Positions 1 through 16,614 of a DNA stretch of 64,000 nucleotides are shown here, piece by piece (position 1 is the stretch's first letter; every line of letters begins with the position of its first letter). Both the position numbers and the translations under genes were made by a program. Source of the DNA: Eledone cirrhosa. Lineage: Eukaryota. The notes beneath the pieces are model-generated. The model saw only the letters and a list, made by a program, of their open reading frames with translations, made no database searches and was not told where the DNA came from. The stretch covers positions 306,280,001 to 306,344,000 of the forward strand of contig OZ024742.1 of NCBI GenBank assembly GCA_964016885.1. The letters run 5' to 3'.

Positions 1-108
1 CCAATGAATTACAGCACCAATAAATTGTTGTTTTGCACCGCTGAGTATGCTCCCCTGAGACGATCTAAAAATGTTGAAACGTCCGTTGCTTCCACGTGTG
101 TGTTTCCC

Positions 109-141
<33 letters not shown>

Positions 142-877
142 CAAAATCTAAATAACTCCGGGAAATGTGTTTTAATTTACATTTTTCAAATGTGTTTTGT
201 TGAGATAAGTCAAACAAACAAAAAAAGAATATCAATTTATATATAACGAATTCAAGTCATATTTCGATAATTTCAATTGAAAGTACATGTCACCTCACAT
301 ACGTACACATACATACATAAGTATGTATATATAAATGTATTTATGTACGTAAGCCTGCATGTATGTGTGAAATTATATACGCATATATATATGTATGTGT
401 ATATGTATGAGTGTAAGCATGTATGTGTGTATGTATGTAAATATAATATATATATATGTATGTGTGTGTGCGCGTGTGTGTGTGTGGAAGTGATCAAGTG
501 TGTGTGCTACGGATAGACATTTCTAACCGTTACATAATCTTGTTTGTTTACTATTATATATTGTATTAGTTCACTTTTTCTTTTCGTTTTTTTACTTTAC
601 ACATTCCTTTTTATACTTTTTTGATTTGAAAGATAATTGTAAGTTATAAAAATAATAATAAAATAAAACGTTGGATATTCTTTTAGATACGTGTTTCGTT
701 ATTTATTTGAAATAAAAGTAAATCTACTTAAAATATCATCGCACACGTAAGTATTTTCGTTTAAAATTTACTGAAATAACGCAACCAATAAAATTCAGTT
801 TAATGTCAACTAGTCATCAATTTGGACATGAAGACAACATACATAAACTTCTGCTGTCGAAGGTTCCCTGTACATAC

Positions 878-916
<39 letters not shown>

Positions 917-1045
917 CGTTATTGTGTGCATAGTATGAATATATATATATATTTATATACAAACACACACACATATATATATATACAATGTGTGTGTGTG
1001 TGTGTGTGTTTGTATATAAATATATATATATATATTTATATACAA

Positions 1046-1085
<40 letters not shown>

Positions 1086-1125
1086 GTGTGTGTGCGTATT
1101 TGTATATAAATATGTATATATATAT

Positions 1126-1255
<130 letters not shown>

Positions 1256-1726
1256 TAATATGTGTAGAAGTAAACACAGTAAACCCGTGTCTAAAATTAC
1301 GAGGGTAGATTACACCACAAATGTTATATATCATTCAACCTGAATCATATGGGATGTTAGAAGATTTCTTACAAGATGTCTCATACATACCATATCAATA
1401 ACCATTTCATCTCCCGGACAGACTAGAGATTTAATCTGTTTCGCCCTGAATGAATCCTGTTTGTAACAAGTAATCCGTAGGCATTTTGTCAGCAGGAGAT
1501 GAGACTAAATGTTACATAACACCTATAACGATAAACTCAATAAAGTTTACACCTCGTGCGTTGAAAGTCATATGCGGTGCGAGTGGTTAGGCTAGAAATA
1601 ATAGCCTATTTACACTCATTTTTATAAGCTCAACAGATAAGGAGCCGAAATACAAATAAAATATAGAGTTATTAACAAGCAATTAACAAGCTCAAAGTAT
1701 AAATACTGAGCATTATATTTATAATG

Positions 1727-1920
1727 AGGGCGGTGGATTGGCAGTATCGGTAGAGGGTCGGAGGCCATGCTTTGACGCATAGAGTTACGGCTCTTGCCAT
1801 TCTGAGTTCAAATCCCCCCGAGGTTAACTTTGCCTTTCATCCTTACGGGGTCGATAAATTAAAGTATCAGTAATGTACTGGGTAATTGCTGACCTTGTGC
1901 CAAAAAGTAGAAACAATTAT
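1727..1920 (+). mobile_element. tRNA-derived SINE (family A)
   Basis: gggcggtggattggcagtatcggtagag head, B-box-like gagttcaaatccc, core gcctttcatccttacggggtcgataaa, tail ccttgtgccaaaaagtagaaacaattat; >10 copies in window. Confidence 0.9.
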
Positions 1921-1953
1921 AATTATGTTATAGGTGTTATGTAACATTTAGTC

Positions 1954-2049
1954 TCATCTCCTGCTGACAAAATGCCTACGGATTACTTGTTAAAAACACG
2001 ATTAATTCAGGGCGAAACAGATTAAATCTCTAGTCTGTCCGGGAGATGA
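1954..2049 (+). ncRNA. Type I hammerhead-like motif with variant core CUGACAA (mirror copy 1407-1502, - strand)
   Basis: Stem I tcatctcctg/cgggagatga; CTGACAA 1964-1970; stem II closed by gcc/ggc; GAAA 2014-2017; stem III acagat/gtctgt; GUC triplet 2037-2039. Confidence 0.6.
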
Positions 2050-2326
2050 AATGGTTATTGATATGGTATGTATGAGACATCTTGTAAGAAATCTTCTAAC
2101 ATCCCATATGATTCAGGTTGAATGATATATAACATTTGTGGTGTAATCTACCCTCGTAATTTTAGACACGGGTTTACTGTGTTTACTTCTACACATATTA
2201 ATATTATAATGCTCAGTATTTATACTTTGAGCTTGTTAATTGCAGGGTATCTATATGAGTTAATAACTCTATATTTTATTTGTATATATATATATATATA
2301 TGTATATATATGTATATATATATATG

Positions 2327-2425
<99 letters not shown>

Positions 2426-2510
2426 AACATATATATATTTACACACACACACATATAACGAAGGACTATGCATTTGAATTAGCCGATATATATATATATA
2501 AGTGGGAAGG

Positions 2511-2554
2511 ACCGTCCTTAGGAAGGCCAGGTAAGCCTGAAATGCATAGATGGT
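2511..2554 (+). ncRNA. Degenerate minimal hammerhead (core CUUAGGA, G5U)
   Basis: accgtc-CTTAGGA-aggc/gcct-GAAA-tgca-TA-gatggt; palindromic stem III ATGCAT; next to (TA)n. Confidence 0.6.
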
Positions 2555-2748
2555 TGTCCCCCTTGGTTCGGCTGGACATCCCCAGAGGGCGTAAGCTCCT
2601 GTGTATGCATAGCTACGGCTTCCTAAAACCGTGTTTCTTTAGAAATACGAAATTTCGATACATATTTGTATAAAGCTATGCTTGAAACAAAATCTTATTT
2701 TTATGTATAGATATATATATCAGATATATTTGAAACTTCAAATGTATA

Positions 2749-2797
<49 letters not shown>

Positions 2798-3758
2798 CAT
2801 ATATATCATACATATCTTTTAATTTAAATGCATAGTCCTTGTTTTTATTTTTTGCTATGAATAATTTTGTTTTGTTTAATCTTAGTTCTACTTCCTCGTA
2901 TTTTAAATTATTATGTTGATTGAATTAATTTAGGTCGGGAGTAAATATGATAGCTGTACTCTTCTTGACATGGTATATAGTAATTAATTATACAGCACAC
3001 TACGAGAATATGATATTTTATCTGTTAACGGCAAAGTTTAATACAGTTTAATACAGAAACCAAGAATTGAAGGTGGCTGCGAATTGGCAAAGCTCGACCT
3101 GAATGCGTTTTGGTTTAAATTTAATTTTAATTAGTTAATTTATTATTGTTCGAGAGATTTTCTGCATCTGGATTTTCATTTCAGTTTAGTGATTAACTCT
3201 CGGCTACGTGTGTTATTGATTGACAGTCAAGGACTATTTATTTTAATGGATGTTCGTTTTATGTGTAGAAGGTTGTTTCTTTAATTGGTTGATATATTTA
3301 AGTGTGGCTTGCTTTAGATTAGTGAATCTTGTGCTGATAATGTTAACTATTATTTCAAGGGGGTTTCTTGATCAGATATTAACAGTCTAATAGAGTGTGT
3401 TGGCATAATAGAAGATATTTCTATGTATGCTCTGTTATGTGCTTATACTGGGGTGTTGTGTTATGCTTCACGGGTCTATGGTTCTTCTCATGTTCCTGAG
3501 AGATTCGTGAGGGCAGAATCCTCAAACACTCCTTCCAGCGGGCCCTGTGAAAAGAAACCGTCTCCAACTTATCCGGCTGGATCACGGAGCCAGACCTTCT
3601 GAACTTACGGATGTCATCAAACCATCTTGCTCAAGGTCTACCTCTGGGTCTCCACAACGTTTTTCAGCCGGGTACATACTTTTCGGTTCGTATGTATCGA
3701 ATCGCTGCGTAAGGCATACTGACAAATCACTAAGATCAATCATCGAAACATATCCCGT

Positions 3759-3803
<45 letters not shown>

Positions 3804-4437
3804 ACACCAGACTTTGTGCAGTTTACTTTCAGCATGTTTTGCACACATCGTAATGATCAGCCCGATGCTATAGTAAAAAATATTCGGCCGGGGTACTGCG
3901 CAATAAGTTCGAACACGGTATGTATTTGTTGTGAGGGAACATGTTTAAGAACTCGGCTACATTCGCTCTATAAATATGAGTGTATACATTCACCTACAGA
4001 TATACTTATATGTTCTTTTTTTGGGGATATATTCTTATATGTTTGTATGTATATCTGATATGTTTTCAAGAATACAAAAAGATAGAGGGAGAGTAACAAT
4101 AGAAACTATCTGTCCGCCAGAGATCAAAATTTCAAACAGAACTATATAGGGAGAGAAACAGAAAGACGAGTGAGATAGAAGAAAGATAGATAGATAAAAA
4201 TAAGTAAAAAACAAAAGGCAAGAAACAAAGATGTACCTGAATTTATCTGATATGGACAGAATTATATACACTCACGCATATTTATATACAACTATTTTTA
4301 TCCGCGTCATATTATGAATCATATTTCTATCATGTGTTTCTATACATCTCAATAATCTTCTTTTAGTAAGTCCTATTTTCTTTTTATGTTCAGTTACTTC
4401 GAATACAAAAAGCAAATAAAAATCTTTTTGAATCCCT

Positions 4438-6140
<1,703 letters not shown>

Positions 6141-6692
6141 TGAATGTGTATATGTATGTATGTGTGTTTTAATGCTAATTATTCTACTATTCTTCACTCA
6201 CCGTTTACCGGATCTATTTTCTTCATTATTCTCTATTCTTTCTTACTTTGTTCATTCTCTCAGTTTCAATATTTAAACATTATTATTTTTTTTTTTACAT
6301 TTCAAAATCTACCTCACAATTGTTGTCTTTTTTCTTATTTGCTTTTTATATCTATTCATTTCCCCCTCGATGCTGTGTTTTATTTTCTAGCCTAATTCTT
6401 CATTTTTGGCATTCGCAACTTTTGAAATAATTGCAGCATTTTCTTTCTTTTCTTTTGTTATATTCTATGTTTTTAAACTATATTACTGGTTTCGTCTTAC
6501 GAGAATTTACTTTCTTTTTAAATACAAATAAGATTAATTTGGAATATTATATGTATAGTATTACACACACACCCACACCACACACACACACACACACACA
6601 CACATATAGATAGATAGATAGATAGATAGATATAGATATATATATATACCTATATGCTTATATATATATATATATAAATATAACTTGTTATC

Positions 6693-6763
<71 letters not shown>

Positions 6764-7364
6764 TACATATGCTCATATATACACGTATTTTTATGTACAT
6801 CACTCGCTTCCTCTCTCTGTCTCTTTCTCTATGTATATATCTGTGTATGTGTGTGTGTGTGTTTGTGTGTCTTTGTATGCCTGTATGTATAAATCTCATT
6901 CAAATATAATTTTTAAAGGTCAGTGATTTGAAATACGAAAAAAAAATCGTTGATGCTGTCAAGGAATTGAATACGTACATATAATATTGAAAAATATGCC
7001 GTTGTGGCGGTCTTATTAGGAATACGACTGGAGTGAGTTCTCCAGTTTGAATCTCACTAAAGATGTATTGCTGGTGCTGTTGTATGCATTCTTATTTTTG
7101 TATTATCCCATTCAACTGTACGATGCTATATTTGTGTATTTTTCTATTCCAATATTTCACTGATACTTTACTCCATGGAGCTCCGAAGGATTAACTGCAA
7201 AGTTAACAGTGCCATTTGAACCCATATCCTCTTATGCTACATATATACCGCATGTTGCCTGATGATCTAAGGATGCTGTCAATCTATCCATCAAGTCCTT
7301 CGATATATTGTAATGAATAAAGCAATGATTAGTTTCATCGAAAGAGTGACTATTCTCTTTACAG

Positions 7365-7494
7365 TTTAAATGACCCATGGAAACCAGGACCTGTGTGCGA
7401 AAAAGGGTTATTTACGTGGTTACAAGAAAAGGTTGATATTGTTAGATCCTTGTCAAACCTTATGGAGCAAACTGGTTTTCACCATTGCGTATTT
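7365..7494 (+). CDS. Putative internal exon of unidentified host gene (LNDPWKPGPVCEKGLFTWLQEKVDIVRSLSNLMEQTGFHHCVF)
   Basis: Acceptor ttctctttacag, 130 nt open frame, donor gtaaga, ends in phase 0; complex sequence in non-repetitive context. Confidence 0.6.
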
Positions 7495-10400
7495 GTAAGA
7501 GCATCTATGACTTAATTATCAAAAAAGAGAAAAAAAGAGAGCGGGATTTCTTCGTTTTATTTCTTCCTTTTAAGGGAAGATGAGAAGATTATTGATTTTG
7601 TTTGTTTGTTTGTTTTTAAGTCTGGTAACGACAAAAAAAAAACATCCTCGCTGGTTTGTATTCGAAAAACTGTGTTATACAATTGTATGCTTTATAAGTC
7701 ATCGTGCAAACCATGCCCGAAAGCATTATTAATTTCAAGTAAAACAAATATTTTTTCTCCGAATTTGTAAACTTTTATGTAAGATGATAGAGGAGCTATG
7801 CTGTGAATCTCAATATTGATGAGTTTTTGCCCTTTATAATTGGTTTTATAATTACAAATGTTGTAATCTTACATTCCTTTAGATATTAATGTTTCACGAA
7901 ATGGTCGCAAAATTGGCTTTACATAATCCCGATATTGATTCATAGCATTGTTCTCTAAATACTGTCTAAGGTAAACATATCTCTTATCTTTAGAACAATC
8001 CAAGGTCTCTGTAATGAGTTACTGGCATCTTTGATGGCCCCCTGAAATTTCCACCGTCCCTGAATAAGCCGTGTTTCTTTTTACTGGTTTAATAACATTA
8101 CGTTTAGTAACAATTCCTCAGATAAAATTCTCGTTGTTATCTTTGCCTTTCCTGTCCTTGAAAATATGTATCAACATACAAGTCTTCTATTTGGTTTCAT
8201 GACAGTTGAGGCAGGTGTGCTACGAGTGGGGGAATTCTGTTTAACAAAACAGACTTAAATCAATTTACTCATATTTAGATGACATTATAGTATAATGAAT
8301 TAAAGATAATGACGGGAATCTGATCACATTTCTCTCAAATCAATATGTTCTCCAGTAAACAAAAGAGTTTTTGGTTAAATGAATATCGCATTCTTTGGTT
8401 TTTGTATGCAACATCACAGAATAAAACCCAACCCTAGAAGTACCCTCCTTTAAAATGCTTTAAAGTTCCTACATCTTAAAGGAAAATGAAACTAACATTG
8501 CATTGCTCATTTGTTAAAAACATTTACTGAAATGTATGACCGTTCAAATTCCCAGAAGAATTGTGATCTCGTTTGGAAAACTGAAAATGAACACAGAGTG
8601 CATTTGGCCCCACGTGTTTATTTATCTAATCGATTGACGTTTGAGATTGACGCCTCAGACTCCAGACACTGTTTCAAAGACAGTGACCTGCTGTGTTTTA
8701 TCCATTGTCACCATTCTAAAAATAAATTGTTTCATCCTTCTAATAAGAATGAAGTTGCCGCTGTTCTAAAGTAAACAGCAACAATAACTGTTAAGGAGAA
8801 ATGTTAGTCCCTGTATAACGCGAGAAAACATTTGATTTACATTTGATTTACATTTGATAAATATCGCAATTGTGAAATGGAGAATATTAAGGATTGAACT
8901 CAGGATTGAACAAGATTGAAGATTTTCTTGAAGTATTCGCCTTGAAATGTCTTCATTTTGTTGTAATAGGCAAACGATCTTCCTTCTTGTCGAAAGAATT
9001 CGGCAATCCTCTGGGTCAAGACATGGTAAAGGCTACTCAGATTATGAAAAATCTTTGTTAGATCTAGTTATTTTATATTTTGAAACAAATATATTTTAGT
9101 AGCAAGATAGTAGGTATGTATTCACGTTGCCGTTTTTGTTCTCTTCGTTTTAATATCACTTTCCAAATTGATGTTCAATATCTGAAACAGCTGCTCTCAC
9201 GATGTAAAAACCCTGTGTCTATCCATTGTGATAACTAACTATTCTTCTAAACTTGTGCAACGCACAACCACCTTTAACCAATCAGGGCGAAGCAGGCAAT
9301 GGTTGATAAACAATTAGTCAATTAGCCATATCAGAACCTCGTTGACAATATGTTCATTTTATAAACCTTCGTTTATTTCGATGCTTTTTCTCAACCGCTA
9401 CCAGTAAGTACACTCACAGTTTTTCTCTCCTTTTAGACGCCAGTTCTGTTGTTGGCATTTCTCTACCTTCTTCGATATATTTGTTTTCTGTCCTTTTTAG
9501 TAAAAAAATATTAGCTCATGAATTGGTGACACTTTAGAAGCAGAAATATTAAAACTAAATGTAAAATGTGCCTATGTTTAGAAAGATAATGGAATTTAGA
9601 CACGGCCTTTAGTTAAGATGCCCAGTGTTTCCCAGTGAAATACTTTATATTAGAATAATATTGCTGCTTGCTGACTTAACGTGATAAGCCATCCGGTTCT
9701 CGTTTCTTGTTCATCCAAAAATACTATTTCTTGAGAGGGTGAACGTTTTTGTAGCAAATATAGTGAGATTATGTTCATAGAAACCTGCCAGGATTGTCTA
9801 TTGATGAATTCGTCTTTCACGAGAAATTTTAAATCAACTGTAATATTTTAATCTGACTTTATTATTGTGTTAAGTTTTACAAACATAAAATCCTATTGTA
9901 ATAATCTTTTATCAATAATACAAACTCATTGTTCATTGTTTTCCGAAAGGAGGGGGAATGTAGAGCTTTTGTGTTCCTTCAATTAATACATCTTACATAA
10001 CCATTCCCATTCTTAAAAGTCCCAGTTGAATTTTATTATATTTCGTTGGTACACATATCTATTAGCAGGACTTGTTGGGGTGGTATACATGATAAATTGT
10101 AGAAATGCAGTTATCATATAAAAGACTTAGTTCAAGATATATTCGTTTTTCAAGTTTGGCGTATTCCATACTTGGAATCGAATATGTTTTCTAGAAAAGC
10201 CAACAAAGAAAAACCATCATAATGATATATATTAGTTAAACGCTTGATAAATTAGGAAAAGAGGCTTAACGTTTAGGACGTTAATCATTCATCGGAAGAT
10301 AGAATAAGAGAGGGTAGAATAAAGTAGAAGATAAATGAGGATAAAAATACAAAGAAAACATCAAAAACATACACCGAAAAGACCGCGTGTTTGTGTTTAG

Positions 10401-11582
10401 TCATTTAATTTGAAATGTTATTTTATTCCCCTGGCGACTATAAAAAAAAAGAAAGAAAATGAAGGGCAAATATCAGTTTATAACTCAACGTTGAACTTGG
10501 CAAAATATTTTAATAAATTAAATTTAACACTAAATAATCTCAGCATTCTGTATCATTTTTATATTTTCCACGACCAAACAGATATATCTCCGATCGTTAT
10601 AGCACATCGTTCTACAAAGTCCGTACTATATCTCAATTTCCCGTCATGATGAATTTATATATCATGGTTTTACTATATTGTGGTTTTCTATTAATGTAGA
10701 TCGTAACAGGATAACTAAATTTAAAACACAATCTAAAGCACTGCAACACTTAGCATCAAGTTTGTCTGTCGAATATTGCCTAACTCGAATTACATATTCC
10801 TTTATTTATAAGATTATAGGACGTGCTTTACGGGAGAGTTTTCAGAAAATTCTACCAGTTTAAACAACCACATACAGGATTCTTCATTGGACTGATATTA
10901 TAAAGGTTTTCCTCAAAGGCTTCTTGACACCTTATTCATTTATATGTGAAATTAAGCATGCAGAATTAAGTGTACTTTCTAAAGACAATGAAATGTCTGA
11001 AAAATAATTTGAACTCAACTCAACTTTCCTGCTATCAATTTCCAGTTAGATTGCGTCAGATGCAGTTGAGCGCCTTGCCAAAGGACACAGCCAATCTTCA
11101 GTAGTTATGTGTGTTATGTGAACTTGTGACCTGTGAGTCAAATGCTTGACACTTTATGCTATCGGCTTTTGTATTTCTACAAAAACCAATTTAAATCATC
11201 TAAAACGTACCTAAATATTTATCATTTCTTGCACATCTAGGAAATTGTTTCGGTCATTAGTGAGTGTCGTGTTTATACTTTGGTATCAATTTTAGCATCA
11301 TTTAAAGTGTTTCACGGCAGACAACCTAAATTAATTGATTGTCAGACGCAAATCTGCATCGGGCGATATGCAGAGAAAACACGGATCTCGATAAAATGAT
11401 CGAGTTAGTACAGATTGTAACTCTAACCGGATTTACATTTATAAGACCATATATATATTAACACGGGCAGCAATACATATGGACGTGCTCACAAAGTGTG
11501 CATGAATGTAGGGTTTTATACACTCATACATATGTGTGTATATGTATATATATATATATTGAGAGAGAGAGAGAAAGAGAGA

Positions 11583-11990
11583 TTTCTTTATTTGTCACAA
11601 GGGCATTACAGGATGTACGGCGGGGTTTTACATTTAAACGTGTAAACAGTTTTAGCAATTATAAAATAAATAATAAACAATCGAAATCCCCAATAGAGTG
11701 GAATGTTACAAGTGGGTTGTTTTACACCCCTTAGATACAACAGTTCTCAACACCAGGAGCAAGTTTTGCAAGAGCTCCTGTCCTCTCTTTATTGTCCTCC
11801 TCAACCTACAGGTTTATGTACAGATTAGGCCCATTCACTCGTGCCATTTTCGCAACATTCACCCATCTTTCAGCAACAGGACTGCTGGCCTAGGATAATT
11901 CCCTTGTCCGGAATATGTTGGTTATGGATTTATTATTAATCTATGACCAACTAATTCTCCACGGATTTGAGACAGCACTGCACTTGCTTA
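11583..11990 (-). mobile_element. Old 3' fragment of the L1/Tx1-like LINE family
   Basis: Minus strand reads VAERWVNVAKMARVNGPNLYINL*, matching FVERWVREARMARVNRPTLSMCL* at the end of ORF2 at 37816; ends cccttgtgacaaataaagaaa like the LINE tail at 38045-38066. Confidence 0.7.
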
Positions 11991-12227
11991 GAAATGGATT
12001 TTGGTGGTGTGCTAAACTAGGAGGTTACAGGCTGTTTCAATTGTAGAAATTGCGAGTATTTTAACGTTTTCATATCTTAAAGAGTCGATACAATAATTAC
12101 ACCACTTTCATAGCTTTTGCTTCTAGCTGGAACGTTGCATAAAATTAATACTATGCGAGTGATCCAAAGGAATTTGTTGAGCATATTGATAAGAACGAGA
12201 TCGAAATCCCTGGGTATCGATCTAAAC

Positions 12228-12297
<70 letters not shown>

Positions 12298-13199
12298 GTT
12301 TTTGTTGTTGTTGTTGTTGTTATATATATATATATGAGGATTAATAATAATAATGGTGATGTTTTTATTGGCCGCTAGGGTCTACATATGACAATGACAC
12401 ACAACATATTAATAAGAAGATGAGGATGATGATGATGATGATGATTATGATGATGATGATGATGAGGAGGAGGGTTATTTTAAAGGCGATGATGATTATG
12501 ATGATGATGATGATGAAGATGATGATGATTACTGTAACTGGTTTTGTGGCATATGATATCAATATCCTTACATTATATTTCCAAAGTTTTCCCTGTTACC
12601 CACCATTACACTTTGGAAACCATATACATTATCCCTGCTATCAATACTTCATGTTGATCAGTTTTATAATCCTTTACAATAATGATCAGCAGTCACATTC
12701 GGACACACCCATACACCAAAATACACAAATTCTCACACACGCACACACACAGACACACAAATACATAGACACAGAAACAAACAAAAATACAAATACACAT
12801 ACATATGTACACGCATTCTCACAGACATGTACACACGTACACGTACGCACGTACGCGCATACACCCACATACACTCCAAGCAAGCAGTGAAAAAATATAT
12901 AATTATCCCCATCAAAACAAAATATTCATGAAACATCAAATGGTGATTCAAAACAACTGCGTTTTACCAAACACACTGTCATATAATCGTTATTTACGTA
13001 TTCGTAGAATGGCTGCATGTATGTCTACTGTATTAGTTTAATATTATTTCATTTGTCTTACAAATAATAAAACCTTATACTATTCGTTGTTCGGAATTAC
13101 AATCATAGTAGGGTAAACTCTCCAAATATTCGACGATCTCCGATAGATTTGCGGCTGAGCCAATAGCAGGAGAGACTTCTTCTGTACTTGGTCCTAGGG

Positions 13200-13899
13200 C
13201 CAAACCCCTACTCATCACAATTGGCCCCCTTCAACAACAATGCACACACCAGCTGTAATATATGAAGCTGTGTTCACTTCCAACCGACCAAACTAACCAC
13301 AGGAGGTCAAATCCTATGTGGGCATGGCGGAGGGCCGATTCAAGGAGCGTTTCCTGAACCACCAGTCTACCTTCAGATACCCGGACAGACGTTCATCCAC
13401 GAAACTCGCGAGGCACGTATGTTCCCTCAAGGACTCAAGTATAGGGTACTCCATTCAATGGAAAGCCATCACTAAGTCCAAGCCATACGCAAGGGGAAAT
13501 CCGACGTGTGGCTTATGTATTGACGAACGAATAACTATCCTAAAGAGATTACGCAATAGTGATTGCCTAAACACGAGAAGTGAATTTTTCACACGTTGTC
13601 CACATGTCACCGAACATCTATTGCATAACTACAAGGCTCCGGACTGATTCTTTGTAATTTTATTTTTTAATTTTTTTTTATTTTATTTTCAACCAAAAAC
13701 CTTTCCGGACTTTCGCAGTTATACCCTTACACCGCCCGCACGCAGTCTAGTATTGCTTGTGTGAAGTGACCGAGTTTCTGCGCATGCGCGTTCATGAGGT
13801 TTGTCCTTCCTGTTCCTATAACCATACACATCTCGAGCTGAAGATCCGCGAAGGTGAAACAATTGTTCTCGGTATGGTGAACTAACTGTTGTGAAACCA

Positions 13900-13902
<3 letters not shown>
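13200..13902 (+). mobile_element. 5'-truncated Penelope-like element: GIY-YIG endonuclease fragment (13318-13647), 3' UTR and pLTR ending in (TA)n
   Basis: VIY..SYVGMAEGRFKERFLNHQSTF..CGLCIDE..LNTRSEFFTRCPH, homologous to the EN of the element at 14656-16509. Confidence 0.85.
13833..13872 (+). ncRNA. Minimal type I hammerhead ribozyme in PLE pLTR
   Basis: tcgag-CTGAAGA-tccgcgaaggt-GAAA-caattg-TT-ctcgg; palindromic stem III ACAATTGT. Confidence 0.75.
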
Positions 13903-13980
<78 letters not shown>

Positions 13981-14011
13981 CAATAATCAAAGTTCAGTTT
14001 AAGTCATTTAT

Positions 14012-14060
14012 TTGCTTACAATTGTTTCCTCCAAACCGAGGTTTGGTTTCTTCGGAGCAA
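14012..14060 (-). ncRNA. Hammerhead ribozyme in inverted 5' pLTR (CCGAAGA core)
   Basis: Reverse complement of the 18531-18579 motif, one difference in stem II. Confidence 0.75.
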
Positions 14061-14116
14061 CTATTTACTGATCCATAACATACTCGACCTCCTTTTCAAC
14101 CCAAGAGACACATAAA

Positions 14117-16509
14117 CTCCTTTATCAATAGAGTGAGATGGAGGACATTCCATTATGATAGAAACAAATCTGGCAAGGATAATAACACCAACAAATTTGA
14201 CTCCTTCGGCTTTAAAACATTTAGAAGCCCCCCTCATAACACACTACTAAACCACTTCGAAAACGACCTAATTAAACTAGTTAAAAACATTAAATACAAA
14301 AAACACCATAATAAAAACAACACCTTCTTAAACAAACTTAGCACCTCTATTAATGACTTCAAAACTAGTAGTAACATTTTTGTACATGCCGACAAAACTA
14401 ATAACATATACAGCCTAGATTATAATACGTATAGAAAGTTTATATATGATGAACTACATAAAAGCTACAAGAAAACCACTATGAAAAACTTAGAAGATAT
14501 TAATATGGAAGGCTATAATATAGTATCCAAACTAGGGCTCCAGAGACATACACAACCTTACACCCCCAAACCCCCTAGATTCTCTCTGAAGGACCATAAG
14601 GTAGACTTCATTAGCAACCCCTCGATTAGACTAATCTGCCCCTCCAGGTCTGACATTGGCATTATCAGTAAAAAAAATCCTAGACAAAATCATCCCACAG
14701 ATTAAACACAAGATTTACCTTAAACAATGGGGAAATACGGGTGAGGTGATTGAATGGTTCAAAAATATCATAGATAGCAAGGATAAAAAATGTATTCAAT
14801 TTGATATCAACTCTTACTACACCTCTATTTCCCCTATCCTACTAAATAAGGCACTTATAATGGCCATGGACAATAGTGACTTGACTAGACCCCAGATTGA
14901 TGTCATACTTGCGGCCCGTATAACATTAATCACCTTTGAAGACCAATTATGGACCCGCAAGGATACGCAAAACAACTTCGACATTAATATGGGGTCTAGT
15001 GACTCGGCGCAGGTCACTGATTTAGTTGGCCTATACTTACTTAACCTAATCCACAGGGAACTTCCGTACCTCAGCGGTGGTTTGTATCGTGACGACGCAC
15101 TTCTACTTATAGACTATAAAAAATTCAATATAGAAAGGACTAGAAAACTATTGCGCAAAACATTCAAAAACTTTAACCTTAGTATTACCATGGACAAAAA
15201 CACCAAAAACGTCAACTTCCTAGACGCCACACTCTACTTAGACTCAATGATATATGCACCTTTCCACAAACCTAATGAAAAACTCATCTACGTAGATACC
15301 AAGTCTAACCACCCTAAATCTATATTGAACTCTATCTCTAAGGGAGTATCTAATAGAATCTCTAATCTATCCTATGACATAAACACATTTAACAATAACT
15401 CGCAGTATTATAATCAGGCATTAGCTAGATCAGGCCATAATACAGGGATAGAGTTCCTACCTACAAAAACACATAGCTACAACATCATTTCACACAACAT
15501 GTCCATGGGAAAATTTAATAATAGGAATAGCAATTGCACACACACTAATAGGGATTGTAACAACAAAAGTAACCCGCACCACAGAAATGACCATAGGGAC
15601 ATTAAAGGAAACAAATCACCAGACATAAAAAACAGAAATAGAAGAAGAAATAATACATTTTTCAACCCTCGTTTCAATTTAAACGTCTCTACCAACCTTC
15701 CTAGGGCTTTCTTCTCACTACTAGATAAACACTTCCCATCCGGCCACAGGTACCACGGCCTTTTAAACAAAAACACTATTAATATCTCATACTCTACTAC
15801 GCCTAACTTAGCATACCACATAGCTAGTACAAATAAAAGAAAAATTAATTCTTACTTCCAACAAACTAAATCACAACGGTCGATAAACCTTCAAAATAAC
15901 ATTCAAAATAACAGTCAAAGTAACATTATAACAAATAACCGTAATATCTATGGAATTAATAGTAATAACACTAGTGTAAACATTAACGCTGCGTACCACA
16001 ACCCACATAACCATAACCCTATAGCTAACATCCAAACTTCTACACAGCATAGTAACCGGCAGACTAGCACCCAGAGTAATTGTAACTGTAGATCAAGTAG
16101 AACCTGCCCTTTAGATAAAAAATGCTTAACCAAGGATATCATATACTCATGTACAGTCACAACTAACAGCTCTTCTGAAACCTATATAGGCTCCACTTCT
16201 AACTGCTTCAAAACTAGATACAATTCGCACCTCAACTCTTTCAAAAAACACAGTCTAGCCAACTCCACTTCACTATCTAGCTACATACACCATCTAAAAA
16301 CTAAAAATAAAATATATACACTTAAATGGGAAGTGGTAGGTAGTGCAACATCGTACAAACCACCTAATAAATTTTGTAACCTCTGTCTACTAGAGACCCA
16401 TACTATCATCTTCTCTAAACATAATCTCCTTAATAAAAAATCAGAAGTGTTCGCAACTTGCCAACACCGCTTCCGACACTCGTTCCAAAACTTTAAACCC
16501 TATATATAA
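14117..16509 (+). CDS. PLE reverse transcriptase + C-terminal GIY-YIG endonuclease, one frameshift in an A9 run (14670-14678)
   Basis: N-term RVRWR, ADKTNN; RT motifs FDINSYYTSI, MGSSDSAQVTDLVG, YRDD, VNFLD, KSNHP; linker CxCx5Cx5C (CNCRSSRTCPLDKKC); IIY...YIGST..FKTRYNSH; CNLC..E..LNKKSE...CQH. Confidence 0.92.
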
Positions 16510-16614
16510 TTGTTTCTACTTTAGGCACAAGGCCAGCAAATACCCAGTACATTACTGGTACTTTATTTTATCGACCCCGTAAGGATGAAAGGTAAAGTTA
16601 ACCTCGGCGGGATT
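16507..16614 (-). mobile_element. 5'-truncated SINE family A at the PLE ORF stop
   Basis: Reverse complement of SINE core and tail. Confidence 0.85.

Noticed and set aside
40-110. ctgag...gaaacgtccgtt before (TA)n as a hammerhead
   Set aside because: No convincing CUGANGA spacing or stem I
3712-3760. CTGACAA...GAAAC as a hammerhead
   Set aside because: Stems I and III do not pair
12117-12890. Poly-Y/poly-M ORFs
   Set aside because: (TTA)n and (ATG)n microsatellites
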